Shown: positions 19,039 through 27,827 of the stretch, piece by piece
Position numbering within the stretch: the first letter of the stretch is position 1
How the letters are laid out: the number at the start of each line of letters is the position of its first letter
Position numbers and translations under genes: made by a program
Assembly: GCA_040756875.1 (NCBI GenBank)
Contig: JBFLYH010000001.1
Coordinates: 145,317 to 209,316, forward strand
Reading direction: 5' to 3'
From: a candidate division FCPU426 bacterium
Lineage (GTDB): Bacteria > Oederibacteriota > JAAXVQ01 > JAUVAV01
Length of the DNA stretch: 64,000 nt
The notes under the pieces: generated by a model
Told to the model about the DNA's origin: nothing
The model's database searches: none
The model's input: only the letters and a program-made list of their open reading frames with translations

Positions 19039-21579
19039 ATGCCGGAAACGCCGTTTTCCATACCGGGACCTCAAGCTCTGCAATTTCCGCAGGGAGCCGA
19101 CCCCTATGCCATGCTGCCCTGCCCGGACCTCGGCCTTTGGCATTGGGACTTGCCCACGGGCAGTTTCAATTACGACAACCGCTGGAAGGAAATGGTGGGC
19201 TGCCCGCCGGAGGCAAACACCCGGACGCGGGCGTGGTGGGAAAACTTGATCCATCCCGAGGACCGGCCGCACCTGGCCGGCGCGGTGGAGCAAATCCATA
19301 TTTACCAGGTCCCGTTCTACGAGGTGGAATACCGGCTGTGCCTTCCGGATGGGAGCTGCCGCTGGATTCTGGACCGGGGCTGGGTCAGCGCCCGGGAGGC
19401 GGATGGCAGCGTGTCCCAACTGATCGGCCTGCATTTTGACATCACCCGCCGGCGCGAGGAACAGGAACGGGCAAAGCGGAGTTACCAGACGCAGGCGGTG
19501 TTGCATGAACTGATCAATCTTTCCCTCGAAACCTGCCAACTCAACGAATTGCTGGTCAAAGTTATCGAACGCCTGGTGACCGTCCCCTGGCTCAGCCTGG
19601 AGCCGGCCGGCGCGGTTTTCCTGGCCGAACCCAACAGCGAGGCGTTTGTCCTAATGGCCGCCTTGAACCTTCCCGGACCAGCCTGCCGCCAGTGCGCCAA
19701 GATCAAACCCGGGAATTGCTTCTGCGGACGGGCGGCCAAACTGGGCCAACCCGTGATCGTGGACACGGAACGTGAAAACCTTTCGGCCTTCATGCCGCCC
19801 CATCTGCATTACAGCCTGCCCCTGCTCACGTCCGAGCAAAGCGTGCTGGGCGTGCTGAGCCTCTACGGCAAAGGCGGACGCGTCCCGGATCTCAATGAGG
19901 TGGCGTTCCTGGTCAATGTCACCCAGGTCGTGGTCGGCATTGTGCAACGGGCGCGGGCCGAGGAAACGACGATCCGGGCCAGGGAAGCCATTGCGGCCAA
20001 TGCGGCCAAAAGCGAGTTCGTGGCCCACCTGAGCCACGAGCTGCGCACGCCCTTGAACGGCATCATCGGCATGACCGACTGCCTGATGGAGACGGGTCTG
20101 TCGGTCGACAGCCGGGACTGCGCCCAGGTGATCCGCAACAGCGCCGACGTGCTGTTGACGCTGATCAACGGCGTGCTGGATCTCTCGAAGATCGAGGCGG
20201 GCAAAATGACGCTCGAGGAGCGGACGTTCGACCTCTGCCGGCTGCTGGAACAGCGCCGCAGCCTGTTCGCGGCCCAGGCGCAGGAGAAGCGCCTGGAATT
20301 CGTGTGCGCGGTGGCGGCCGGCGTGCCGCGGCGGGTGACCGGCGATGAAGCCCGGCTGTCCCAGGTGCTGATGAACCTGGTGTCCAATGCGCTCAAGTTC
20401 ACCTCCGCCGGGAAGGTCGGCCTGGAAGTGAGGACGCAGGTGGAGACAGCGGAAACCGCGCTGCTGGAGTTCAAGGTGAGCGATACGGGCATCGGCATTC
20501 CCATGGACCGCCAGGCCGTCCTGTTCCAACCTTACGTGCAGGCCGAGGCGTCCATCTCGCGGGATTACGGCGGCACGGGCCTGGGGCTCTCAATTTCCCG
20601 GCGTCTGGTGGAGCTGATGGGAGGGCGGATCGGGCTGGAAAGCGAGCCGGGCCGGGGCTCGACTTTTTGGTTTACCGTGGAGGTGCGCAAACCGGCCGCC
20701 GGCGAGGAACCTGGGCCCAAGACTGAATCCCAGGGGGAAAACCACGCCCGGCCGGATGAAAACAGGGTCAAGGGAAGCATCCTCGTGGCCGAAGATAATC
20801 CTACGAACCAGAATGTGATCCGCCGCATGCTGGGCAAACTGGGTTACCAGCCGATCCTGGCCGGGAATGGCCGGGAGGCCCTGGAATTGCTTGAACAGCG
20901 TGCGTTTGACTTGATATTCATGGACATCCAAATGCCCGAAATGGACGGGCTGACCGCCACGCGGAAAATCCGGTTCGGAACGCTGCCCGAACTCCGGCGT
21001 GCGATACCGATTGTGGCCATGACCGCGCATGCGCTGGCCAGCGACCGGGAAAAGTGCCTGAACGCAGGGATGAACGATTTTATCACCAAACCGATACGGC
21101 TCGACGCGCTGGCGGAGACGCTGCAGAAGAACCTGCCGGCAAACCACCCGGCCCCGGCGCCGGAATCGGAGCCGAAACGCGAACCGGCCGCGGAGGACGA
21201 CGGAAAGGTTTTTTCATACTCGCAGGCTTTGGAACGGTTCGGAGGGGACAGGGAATTGCTGATTGAGATTTTGGACACTTTCTCGCAGGATGCGCCGGCG
21301 CAGATCGACGGCTTGACCCGCGCCTGGTCCGGAGGCGCGGAAGCGCAGGAGGTGGCCAACCGCGCCCATACGCTCAAAGGCGCCGCCGGCAACGCCGGCG
21401 CCCTGAGCCTGCAAGACATGGCCGCGGCTTTGCAACACGCGGCTGAAGCCGGCGACCTGAAAAAGGCTGAAACGCTGGTGCAGGCCATTCCCGGGGAGTA
21501 TGCGCGGTTTCAAGACGCCTGGAAACGGTTCAGTATACAGGCATCGGAAGGAGGAGCGTATGCGAACGCTGGTGGTTGA
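19039..21579 (+). CDS. Hybrid sensor histidine kinase: PAS-GAF-HisKA-HATPase_c-REC-Hpt
   Basis: There is a PAS domain ('[21 protein letters not shown]'), an H-box '[15 protein letters not shown]', '[18 protein letters not shown]', a REC ('[11 protein letters not shown]...DIQMPEMDG') and an Hpt '[11 protein letters not shown]'. Confidence 0.7.
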   Translation: MPETPFSIPGPQALQFPQGADPYAMLPCPDLGLWHWDLPTGSFNYDNRWKEMVGCPPEANTRTRAWWENLIHPEDRPHLAGAVEQIHIYQVPFYEVEYRLCLPDGSCRWILDRGWVSAREADGSVSQLIGLHFDITRRREEQERAKRSYQTQAVLHELINLSLETCQLNELLVKVIERLVTVPWLSLEPAGAVFLAEPNSEAFVLMAALNLPGPACRQCAKIKPGNCFCGRAAKLGQPVIVDTERENLSAFMPPHLHYSLPLLTSEQSVLGVLSLYGKGGRVPDLNEVAFLVNVTQVVVGIVQRARAEETTIRAREAIAANAAKSEFVAHLSHELRTPLNGIIGMTDCLMETGLSVDSRDCAQVIRNSADVLLTLINGVLDLSKIEAGKMTLEERTFDLCRLLEQRRSLFAAQAQEKRLEFVCAVAAGVPRRVTGDEARLSQVLMNLVSNALKFTSAGKVGLEVRTQVETAETALLEFKVSDTGIGIPMDRQAVLFQPYVQAEASISRDYGGTGLGLSISRRLVELMGGRIGLESEPGRGSTFWFTVEVRKPAAGEEPGPKTESQGENHARPDENRVKGSILVAEDNPTNQNVIRRMLGKLGYQPILAGNGREALELLEQRAFDLIFMDIQMPEMDGLTATRKIRFGTLPELRRAIPIVAMTAHALASDREKCLNAGMNDFITKPIRLDALAETLQKNLPANHPAPAPESEPKREPAAEDDGKVFSYSQALERFGGDRELLIEILDTFSQDAPAQIDGLTRAWSGGAEAQEVANRAHTLKGAAGNAGALSLQDMAAALQHAAEAGDLKKAETLVQAIPGEYARFQDAWKRFSIQASEGGAYANAGG

Positions 21580-21958
21580 GGACGATTTCACCAGCCGGAA
21601 GCTGCTGCAGCGTTTCCTGGCGTTCTACGGGGAATGCGACGTGGCGGTCAACGGCACGGAGGCGGTGGAGGCTTTCAGGGAGAGCCTGAAGAGGGGCGAC
21701 CGTTATGATCTGATCTGCCTGGACATCCGCCTGCCGGAAAAAAACGGCCATGAGGTGCTGGAGGAGATTCGCCGCATCGAGGCGGAACGGGGCATCAACG
21801 GCCTGGACGCCTCCAAAGTCATCATGACGACCGCGGCAGGCGACGCCAAGAGCGTCTGCTCCGCGTTCCGCTCGCAATGCGACGGCTACCTCGTCAAACC
21901 GTACGACCGCAGCAAGATGGCCGTGCAGTTGAAGGAACTGGGGTTGATCAAAATCTGA
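21560..21958 (+). CDS. Single-domain response regulator (CheY-like receiver)
   Basis: '[16 protein letters not shown]...LICLDIRLPEKNGHEVL'. An RBS GGAAGGAGGAG lies upstream. The start overlaps the end of the upstream kinase. Confidence 0.7.
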   Translation: MRTLVVEDDFTSRKLLQRFLAFYGECDVAVNGTEAVEAFRESLKRGDRYDLICLDIRLPEKNGHEVLEEIRRIEAERGINGLDASKVIMTTAAGDAKSVCSAFRSQCDGYLVKPYDRSKMAVQLKELGLIKI

Positions 21959-21968
21959 ACGCCCCGGC

Positions 21969-22259
21969 TCATTCCAAAACGTGATCGAGGCCTGATTTGA
22001 CCAGCGCTTCGATATGTGCGTCGATCAGGCGGTAAAAACAGGTTTGGCCGGCGCGGCGCCGTTCCACCAGCCGGGCGGTCCGCAGTTGGCGAAGTTGGTG
22101 GGAAACCGCGGAAATCGTCACGCCGAGCAGCCTGGCCAACTGGCCCACGGACCGCTCCCGATCTGCCAGCAACATCAACAAATGAAGCCGGCAGGGATCG
22201 CTCAAATGCCGGAACAGGTCGGCCGCCGCCTGCAACCGGGCGCGATCACCGGACTTCAC
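21969..22259 (-). CDS. arsR: ArsR/SmtB-family metal-responsive transcriptional repressor
   Basis: It has the winged helix 'VGQLARLLGVTISAVSHQLRQLRTARLV'. It lies downstream of the permease-HMA gene and is translationally coupled to it. Confidence 0.7.
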   Translation of the reverse strand: MKSGDRARLQAAADLFRHLSDPCRLHLLMLLADRERSVGQLARLLGVTISAVSHQLRQLRTARLVERRRAGQTCFYRLIDAHIEALVKSGLDHVLE

Positions 22260-23560
22260 GGCTGCCTCCGGCCGGAATCAGGCACTTGGTAACCCGCTTC
22301 CTGCACCGCCCGGGCCAGTTGTTCGCGTTCCAAATCCCGCCCCCATACCAGCGCACAGCCGTGTTCCAAATCCACGCTGACATTTTTCACGTTGGGCAAT
22401 TTGGACAGCGCGCTTTCCACCCGCCGGGCGCAGGACTGGCAGCTCATGCCCGCGACCGGCAGTGAGGTCCGTTCTTCCTGGGCGCGCCGACTGCGGCGGC
22501 CGAGCCAGGCTGTAGCATCCAGCCACGACCAGCGTGCGATCAGGGCCGCCAGCGCAGCCGCGGCCAGGGCGCTGACAACCTGCCAGACCGGCGACGCAGT
22601 GTGATGATGGTGAAGGCCGAGGATCCAGCCCGAGGAATTGCCCCCCAGCCAGGTTTGGAAGATCCAGCCGAAAACCATGCTGCCCAGGACGATCGTGGCC
22701 AGATACACCGCGAGGTTCTTCCAGCCCAAGGTCCGGTAGACCGCGCCCACGGTGGCGGCATTGGAGGCCGGGCCGGCCATTAGAAACACCAGCGCGGACC
22801 CCAGGGGCAGGCCGGCTGCGATCAGCGAGGCTGCGATGGGGACCGATCCCGTGGCGCAGACGTACAGGGGCAGGGAGATCAGCAACATCAGCAGCATGCC
22901 CAGTGGTCCCTGCAAGGCCGGGATGTGGGCCAGGGACTGCGCGGGGAACACGACCGCGATCAGGGCCGCGATCAGAATGCCGGCCGCGAGGTAGCGGTAA
23001 ATGCCACCCAACAGCTCTTCCACGGTATAGCTGTAAAAGACCTTCAGCCCTTGGGTGAACGAAAGGCGCGCGGGCGAAGCGGCAGGCCCGGGAGTAGGGG
23101 GCGGCGCCGGAGCCGAAGCGGACGGACGGCCTTCCAATCCGTGCGTCACCAGGCCGCCGACGACGCCGGTGACCAGGGCAGCCGCCACCTTGAACAGGGC
23201 GAAAGGCCAGCCAAAAAACGAGGCGCTGACCATCACGGAATCCAGCCCGGTCTGAGGCGTGCTGATCAGGAAACCGACCGTGGCGCCATCGCTGGCGCCG
23301 GATTTTTTCAGGCCCAAGGCGGTCGGGATCACTCCGCAGGAACAGAGGGGAAGGGGAACGCCAATGGCCACGGTCTTAAAGATGCTCGACAACCTGCGCC
23401 CGCCCAGGTGCCGCGAGACGAAGTCAGCGGGCAGAAACAGCTTCAATAATCCTGCAATGGCCATGCCCAGGAACAACCAGGGGGCCAGTTCGGTCAGAAT
23501 AGACCAAAGGGAAAACAGGTAATTGCTTATCAAGGACCACATGGCAGGTCCTCCTTTCAC
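22256..23560 (-). CDS. SO_0444-family permease (putative Cu/Zn efflux) fused to a C-terminal heavy-metal-associated (HMA) domain
   Basis: The product is a multi-TM permease ('CSCGVIPTALGLKKSGASDGATVGFLIS'). The C-terminus carries 'GMSCQSCARRVESALSKLPNVKNVSVDLE', which is an MxCxxC HMA fold. Confidence 0.6.
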   Translation of the reverse strand: MKGGPAMWSLISNYLFSLWSILTELAPWLFLGMAIAGLLKLFLPADFVSRHLGGRRLSSIFKTVAIGVPLPLCSCGVIPTALGLKKSGASDGATVGFLISTPQTGLDSVMVSASFFGWPFALFKVAAALVTGVVGGLVTHGLEGRPSASAPAPPPTPGPAASPARLSFTQGLKVFYSYTVEELLGGIYRYLAAGILIAALIAVVFPAQSLAHIPALQGPLGMLLMLLISLPLYVCATGSVPIAASLIAAGLPLGSALVFLMAGPASNAATVGAVYRTLGWKNLAVYLATIVLGSMVFGWIFQTWLGGNSSGWILGLHHHHTASPVWQVVSALAAAALAALIARWSWLDATAWLGRRSRRAQEERTSLPVAGMSCQSCARRVESALSKLPNVKNVSVDLEHGCALVWGRDLEREQLARAVQEAGYQVPDSGRRQP

Positions 23561-23602
23561 AAGCCGCTCCGCCGCAAAATCCGGCAGTAGTCGATATTTT
23601 AA

Positions 23603-23624
23603 TATTTGAATAACTATTCAAATA
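23603..23624. promoter_or_regulatory. 10-2-10 perfect inverted repeat TATTTGAATA-AC-TATTCAAATA; ArsR/SmtB-type operator upstream of the permease-arsR operon
   Basis: Read directly from the sequence. It sits about 45 nt upstream of the permease start (23560) in an AT-rich promoter region. It resembles SmtB/CzrA-type 12-2-12 operators. Confidence 0.5.
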
Positions 23625-23669
23625 AACAATACAACGGTATTGCCCGTTTGTCAAGGGGTGGAAAAGAGC

Positions 23670-24806
23670 TCAAGTATGGGGGTGAAGCCGGGTGACGATG
23701 GCGGCGGAGGTCAGGCGAAATCCCGCGGCCGAAGCTTCCGCGCCGCGCAACCGGATGAGGTCGCCGCGCCGCAGGTCCGGAAATACCCGGTTGGAATCGG
23801 AGACATCCCGGGGATGCAGAGCCAGGCCCACGCGGCCTGCGGGTCCGCAAGCTAGGAAACGCCAGCGCCCGTTTTTGGAACGCATGCGTTCGGACACGAT
23901 CAGGAAATCCTCGTTGCCGGCTTCCGGACGGGAATCAGGGGCGGGTGTCAGAACCAACAGGGAGGCTTTCAGCGTTTCCTTCTTGAACCCGGCCCGGATG
24001 ATCAGGCGCTTGATAAACGCGCCGGGCTGCCACTCCCACTCCTGATGGCAGCTGTCCACCGGCGGGACCAGGGCCGGACAAGGGGCCGGAGTCAGGCAGG
24101 GGGCGGCCAGGCCGAACCCTTCGGCCAGGGCCTGATTCCGTACGTGCAGCAAATCCCTCGAGGTGGCGGTCAGGGCGGGTTCGAGGATCACCAGCCACCC
24201 GGAACGCCTGAGCAGGGGACGCAGCCCGGCCAGCAAGGCGGTCCGGCGCCGGATCCGGTCCGGCGCGCCGGACCAAAGTTCGTTCAAAACGTGCTGGAAC
24301 CCTATGGCGTCAAAGCTGCCGGAAAGCCGCGTTTCGTCCAGGGGGTTCCACTCTCGGCAGTCGTGCGGCAAACCCGCCAGTTGCGCCAGCCGGTCCGCGA
24401 GCCGGAGGATTCTGCGGCTGCGGTCGGCGAAAGTCGCCCGCCGCGCGCCCAAATCGAATGCCGCCGCGGCCAGGGGGCCGGCGCCTGCGCCCAGTTCCAG
24501 CCAGGACTGCGGCACGCGGGGCAAACGGCGGAGCGTATGGAAAGCCTGCAGATAGGAGAGCGGCCAGAAGTAGAGCAGGTAGGCGCCGAGCAGGTCGGGG
24601 GCCCGGAAATAATCCTCGCCGGCCAGGCGGCGTTCGCGCGTCAGGCCGTGCGAGAGCTTCTGCATGCCCCGGACCACCGTCCGTTCTTCATCCGGCGAGA
24701 GGCGTGCTGACGGCCCGGACGGCAGGCCGGCCGCCTCCCGCCAGACAGCGGTCAGGCGCGGCCACCAGCGGTCCAGTTCAGGCCCGGGCGTTCGCTTGGG
24801 GGGCAT
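23670..24806 (-). CDS. Class I SAM-dependent methyltransferase, Rsm22-like family
   Basis: Motif I is 'LELGAGAGPLAAAAFDLG'. A C-terminal Cys cluster ('PCLTPAPCPALVPPVDSC') is typical of Rsm22-like proteins. Confidence 0.5.
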   Translation of the reverse strand: MPPKRTPGPELDRWWPRLTAVWREAAGLPSGPSARLSPDEERTVVRGMQKLSHGLTRERRLAGEDYFRAPDLLGAYLLYFWPLSYLQAFHTLRRLPRVPQSWLELGAGAGPLAAAAFDLGARRATFADRSRRILRLADRLAQLAGLPHDCREWNPLDETRLSGSFDAIGFQHVLNELWSGAPDRIRRRTALLAGLRPLLRRSGWLVILEPALTATSRDLLHVRNQALAEGFGLAAPCLTPAPCPALVPPVDSCHQEWEWQPGAFIKRLIIRAGFKKETLKASLLVLTPAPDSRPEAGNEDFLIVSERMRSKNGRWRFLACGPAGRVGLALHPRDVSDSNRVFPDLRRGDLIRLRGAEASAAGFRLTSAAIVTRLHPHT

Positions 24807-24821
24807 GTCCGGGGAAGGGAA

Positions 24822-25733
24822 CTAACGGGTGACCTTGGCTTCCAGCTTGGCGAACTTGTCGAACGGCTTGGCGTCCGTGGAGACCCGTCCGCAGCGGCGC
24901 AGCACCGCTTCCTCCTCGGGCGTGGGCTGCACCAGATAGGTGGTGGGCGTGAAGTGGTCCAGTTTCCGGCCCGCGCGTTTCAAACGGAGCGTGTTTTGTT
25001 CCAGACGGCGGTAGCTCAGCGGCTGCATGGAGGCCATGCGGTAGGTCCAGCCCATGCCGAAGCAGGGCATATCCACGCGTGCGGTCAGCAGGCGGGGGAA
25101 TACCGAGGTCAGGGTTTTATAGATGGTGGCGAAGGATTCCGGAAAAAGAAAGTAATTGTCCGTGTGGATGGAAAGGATGCCGCCGGGCTTCAAGCGGGAG
25201 CGGCACAGCCGGTAGAACTCCCGGGTGTACAGCATTTTCGATGGGCCGTGAGGCTCGGTCAGATCCACCACCAGGACATCGAATTGCTCGCGGTTGTCCT
25301 CCAGCCATTTGCGCGCGTCGGTGTAAATGATCTCGATGCGCGGATCCCGCCTGACCCGGCGGATGACGGGGTAATGGCGCGTGCAGAAATCCACCACCCC
25401 GCGGTCGATCTCCAGCATGAGGATGCGCTCCAGGGAGGGGAACTTGGCCGCTTCCTCCAGGGCGAAGCAGTCGCCGCCGCCGAGGATGCACAGGCTGCGG
25501 GGCCGGGCATGGGCCAGCAGCGGCGCTGACACCAGGTATTGGTGGTAGCGGTTTTCGTCGCCTTCGGAAATCTGGATCTTGCCGTCCAGAAACAGCAGGG
25601 TGCCGAACGTGCCGTGTCGGAAGATTTCCATGCTTTGGAACTTGGAGCGCCCCCTGTAAAGGGGCCGCCCGAGGTAGCAATGGCCGAAGTCGTTGTTTAC
25701 CCATTCGGTTTTTTGCGCGCTGGTTTTGCCCAT
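24822..25733 (-). CDS. Spermidine synthase-like polyamine aminopropyltransferase family protein
   Basis: 'LFLDGKIQISEGDENRYHQYL' and 'VLVVDLTEPHGPSKMLYTREFY' match the SpeE fold motifs. The start is at 25733 (RBS GGGAGG). The ORF-track 26018 is an upstream extension. Confidence 0.6.
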   Translation of the reverse strand: MGKTSAQKTEWVNNDFGHCYLGRPLYRGRSKFQSMEIFRHGTFGTLLFLDGKIQISEGDENRYHQYLVSAPLLAHARPRSLCILGGGDCFALEEAAKFPSLERILMLEIDRGVVDFCTRHYPVIRRVRRDPRIEIIYTDARKWLEDNREQFDVLVVDLTEPHGPSKMLYTREFYRLCRSRLKPGGILSIHTDNYFLFPESFATIYKTLTSVFPRLLTARVDMPCFGMGWTYRMASMQPLSYRRLEQNTLRLKRAGRKLDHFTPTTYLVQPTPEEEAVLRRCGRVSTDAKPFDKFAKLEAKVTR

Positions 25734-25857
25734 GAAAGACCCTCCCGTAAATTGATGAGCGCACATTATGCCATAAACCTTTGCCTGCCGGGTAAAAAAT
25801 GCTTGCCGCAGGGGCGCGCCGGAGGTATAGAATAAGGCCGGATTGAGGAGGGGAAAC

Positions 25858-26418
25858 ATGCCCAAACCAGGCGGATATCGGAAGGCGGCAGTGGCGGTCA
25901 TTCTGGGCGGATTATTGGCCGCCGGTTGCGCTACCCGGCCCGAATCAGGCCCTGCGGCGGCCACGGAGGTGAGCGGCATGAAGATCAGCAGTCCTGCTTT
26001 CCAGACAGGGCAGCCCATCCCTGCCCGTTATACCTGCGACGGCGAAGACCTTTCTCCGGCACTGTCCTGGTCCGGTGTTCCGGCCGGCGCCAAAAGCCTG
26101 GCCATGATTTGCGAAGACCCGGATGCGCCCATGGGCACCTGGGTTCACTGGATTGTCATCAATATCCTGCCGGCTGCTTCCGGCATTCCGGAGAGCGGCC
26201 CCTTGCCTGCCGGCGCGGTGGAAGTGAAGAATAGTTTCGGCAAAACCGCTTACGGCGGTCCCTGTCCCCCCGGAGGGACCCACCGCTATTTTTTCAGGTT
26301 GTATGCCCTCGACACGGAACGTCTCGATACGCTGACCCTGGCCAATTACCGCACCCAGCTTCAGCCGCACATTCTGGCGCAGGCAGAATGGATGGGAACC
26401 TACCGCAGAAACCGTTGA
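25858..26418 (+). CDS. YbhB/YbcL-family PEBP (Raf kinase inhibitor-like) lipoprotein
   Basis: There is a signal peptide with the lipobox 'LLAAGC', then 'PALSWSGVPAGAKSLAMICEDPDAP' and 'GYGGPCPPGGTHRYFFRLYALD'. An RBS GAGGAGGGG lies upstream. Confidence 0.7.
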   Translation: MPKPGGYRKAAVAVILGGLLAAGCATRPESGPAAATEVSGMKISSPAFQTGQPIPARYTCDGEDLSPALSWSGVPAGAKSLAMICEDPDAPMGTWVHWIVINILPAASGIPESGPLPAGAVEVKNSFGKTAYGGPCPPGGTHRYFFRLYALDTERLDTLTLANYRTQLQPHILAQAEWMGTYRRNR

Positions 26419-26643
26419 TCTTGGCCGGTTTTTTATAACCCGCTGTTTTCCCGCTTAGGCCAGAACTTTCCCTCCCTCCGAAGGTCTAAGAGAATGTGCA
26501 ATGGACATTCTCGAGGGGTATGATCATGCTTTTAAAACCGCTTCCACCCTAACAGCGCTTTCGATCCTGGCAAGTACATTTTGATTGTGTTCAATGGGTG
26601 CGATGGATAGAATATATCCACTTTGGCCAAGGAGGCAGCTAAA

Positions 26644-27165
26644 ATGAAAAAAATCGTGATCGGGTTGATGGCAGGAATGGTTCTGATGGGGCTGGCGGTC
26701 GGCTCGCAAGCAAGGGTGACGGAAAAAGTCGAAGCCATGATCGCGGAAAACACCCCTCTGAAAGTCAATGACACGGATTTGTGGATTCAAGTCGGTTATC
26801 CGCTGCTGGTGGGACTGCAGTACGACAAATATGCGACCGGCAATCTGGTTTTGGGCGGAGGCGCCGGTTCCTATCTGAACGGCTTTTCCCTGGATTTATC
26901 CGTGAAATACCTCTTTTTAACCGGAAAATTTTCGCCTTTCATCGCGGCCGGCCCGGTGCTGTACTACACGGATCCCAATAAAAACCTCTTCGGGATTTAT
27001 GGGACCGCCGGGCTGGGTTATTTCTTCGACAGTGGTTTGGGGCTTTCCCTGGGCGTGACCTTTGTGCGCGCCATTACCGAGAGCGCCCAACCGTGGAGCT
27101 ATCCCTGGGTGAATGACAAGCTGAGCCAGGCGTCGGCGCAGTTCGGCTTTCATTGGAATTACTAA
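26644..27165 (+). CDS. Small outer-membrane beta-barrel protein (OmpW/OmpA-like barrel)
   Basis: It has a signal peptide, alternating hydrophobic beta-strands and a C-terminal aromatic residue ('FGFHWNY'). An RBS AAGGAGG lies upstream. Confidence 0.45.
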   Translation: MKKIVIGLMAGMVLMGLAVGSQARVTEKVEAMIAENTPLKVNDTDLWIQVGYPLLVGLQYDKYATGNLVLGGGAGSYLNGFSLDLSVKYLFLTGKFSPFIAAGPVLYYTDPNKNLFGIYGTAGLGYFFDSGLGLSLGVTFVRAITESAQPWSYPWVNDKLSQASAQFGFHWNY

Positions 27166-27203
27166 ATCGTCCGCCGAGACAAAACTCAAAGGAGGGATTG
27201 GCA

Positions 27204-27806
27204 ATGAGAAAATGGTGGTGGGTAGGCGCGGTGGTTCTGAGCGCGGGCCTGTTGGCCGGCTGCGGCATGGAGGTCAAGCGGATTTCGCCGGACGAGGTCG
27301 TGGACCTGTCCGGACGCTGGAACGACACGGACTCCAAGCTGGTGGCCGAGGAAATGGTGAAGGAAGCTCTGGCCAGGCCTTGGCTTTCCAAGTATATGAA
27401 AGCCCACGGCGGCAATGAGCCCAAAGTGATCGTCGGGACCATTGCCAACAAGAGCGACGAGCATATCGCCATCGATACGTTCGTCAAGGACATCGAGCGC
27501 GAGCTGACCAACTCCGGCATGGTGCAATTCGTCGCCACCAAGAGCGAGCGCGAGGAGATCCGCGAAGAACGCGAAGACCAGCAGACCTGGTCCTCACAGG
27601 ACACCCGCAAGGAAATGTACGACGAAACCGGCGCGGATTATATGATGAAGGGCGTCATCTCCAAAATCACGGATTCGCGCGACAGCAAGGCGACCTTCTA
27701 TTACCAGGTCGACATGGAGCTGGTTGACCTGCAGAAGAACCTGAAGGTATGGTTCGGCAACAAGCAGATTAAAAAGTACATCAAACGCCCGGGCGCCCGC
27801 TTCTAA
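27204..27806 (+). CDS. LpoB-like outer-membrane lipoprotein (penicillin-binding protein activator family)
   Basis: The lipobox is 'LLAGC'. 'KVIVGTIANKSDEHIAIDTFVKDIERELTNSGMVQFV' resembles the LpoB C-domain. An RBS AAGGAGGG lies upstream. Confidence 0.5.
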   Translation: MRKWWWVGAVVLSAGLLAGCGMEVKRISPDEVVDLSGRWNDTDSKLVAEEMVKEALARPWLSKYMKAHGGNEPKVIVGTIANKSDEHIAIDTFVKDIERELTNSGMVQFVATKSEREEIREEREDQQTWSSQDTRKEMYDETGADYMMKGVISKITDSRDSKATFYYQVDMELVDLQKNLKVWFGNKQIKKYIKRPGARF

Positions 27807-27827
27807 CCGGCCCCCGCAGCGTTTCTC

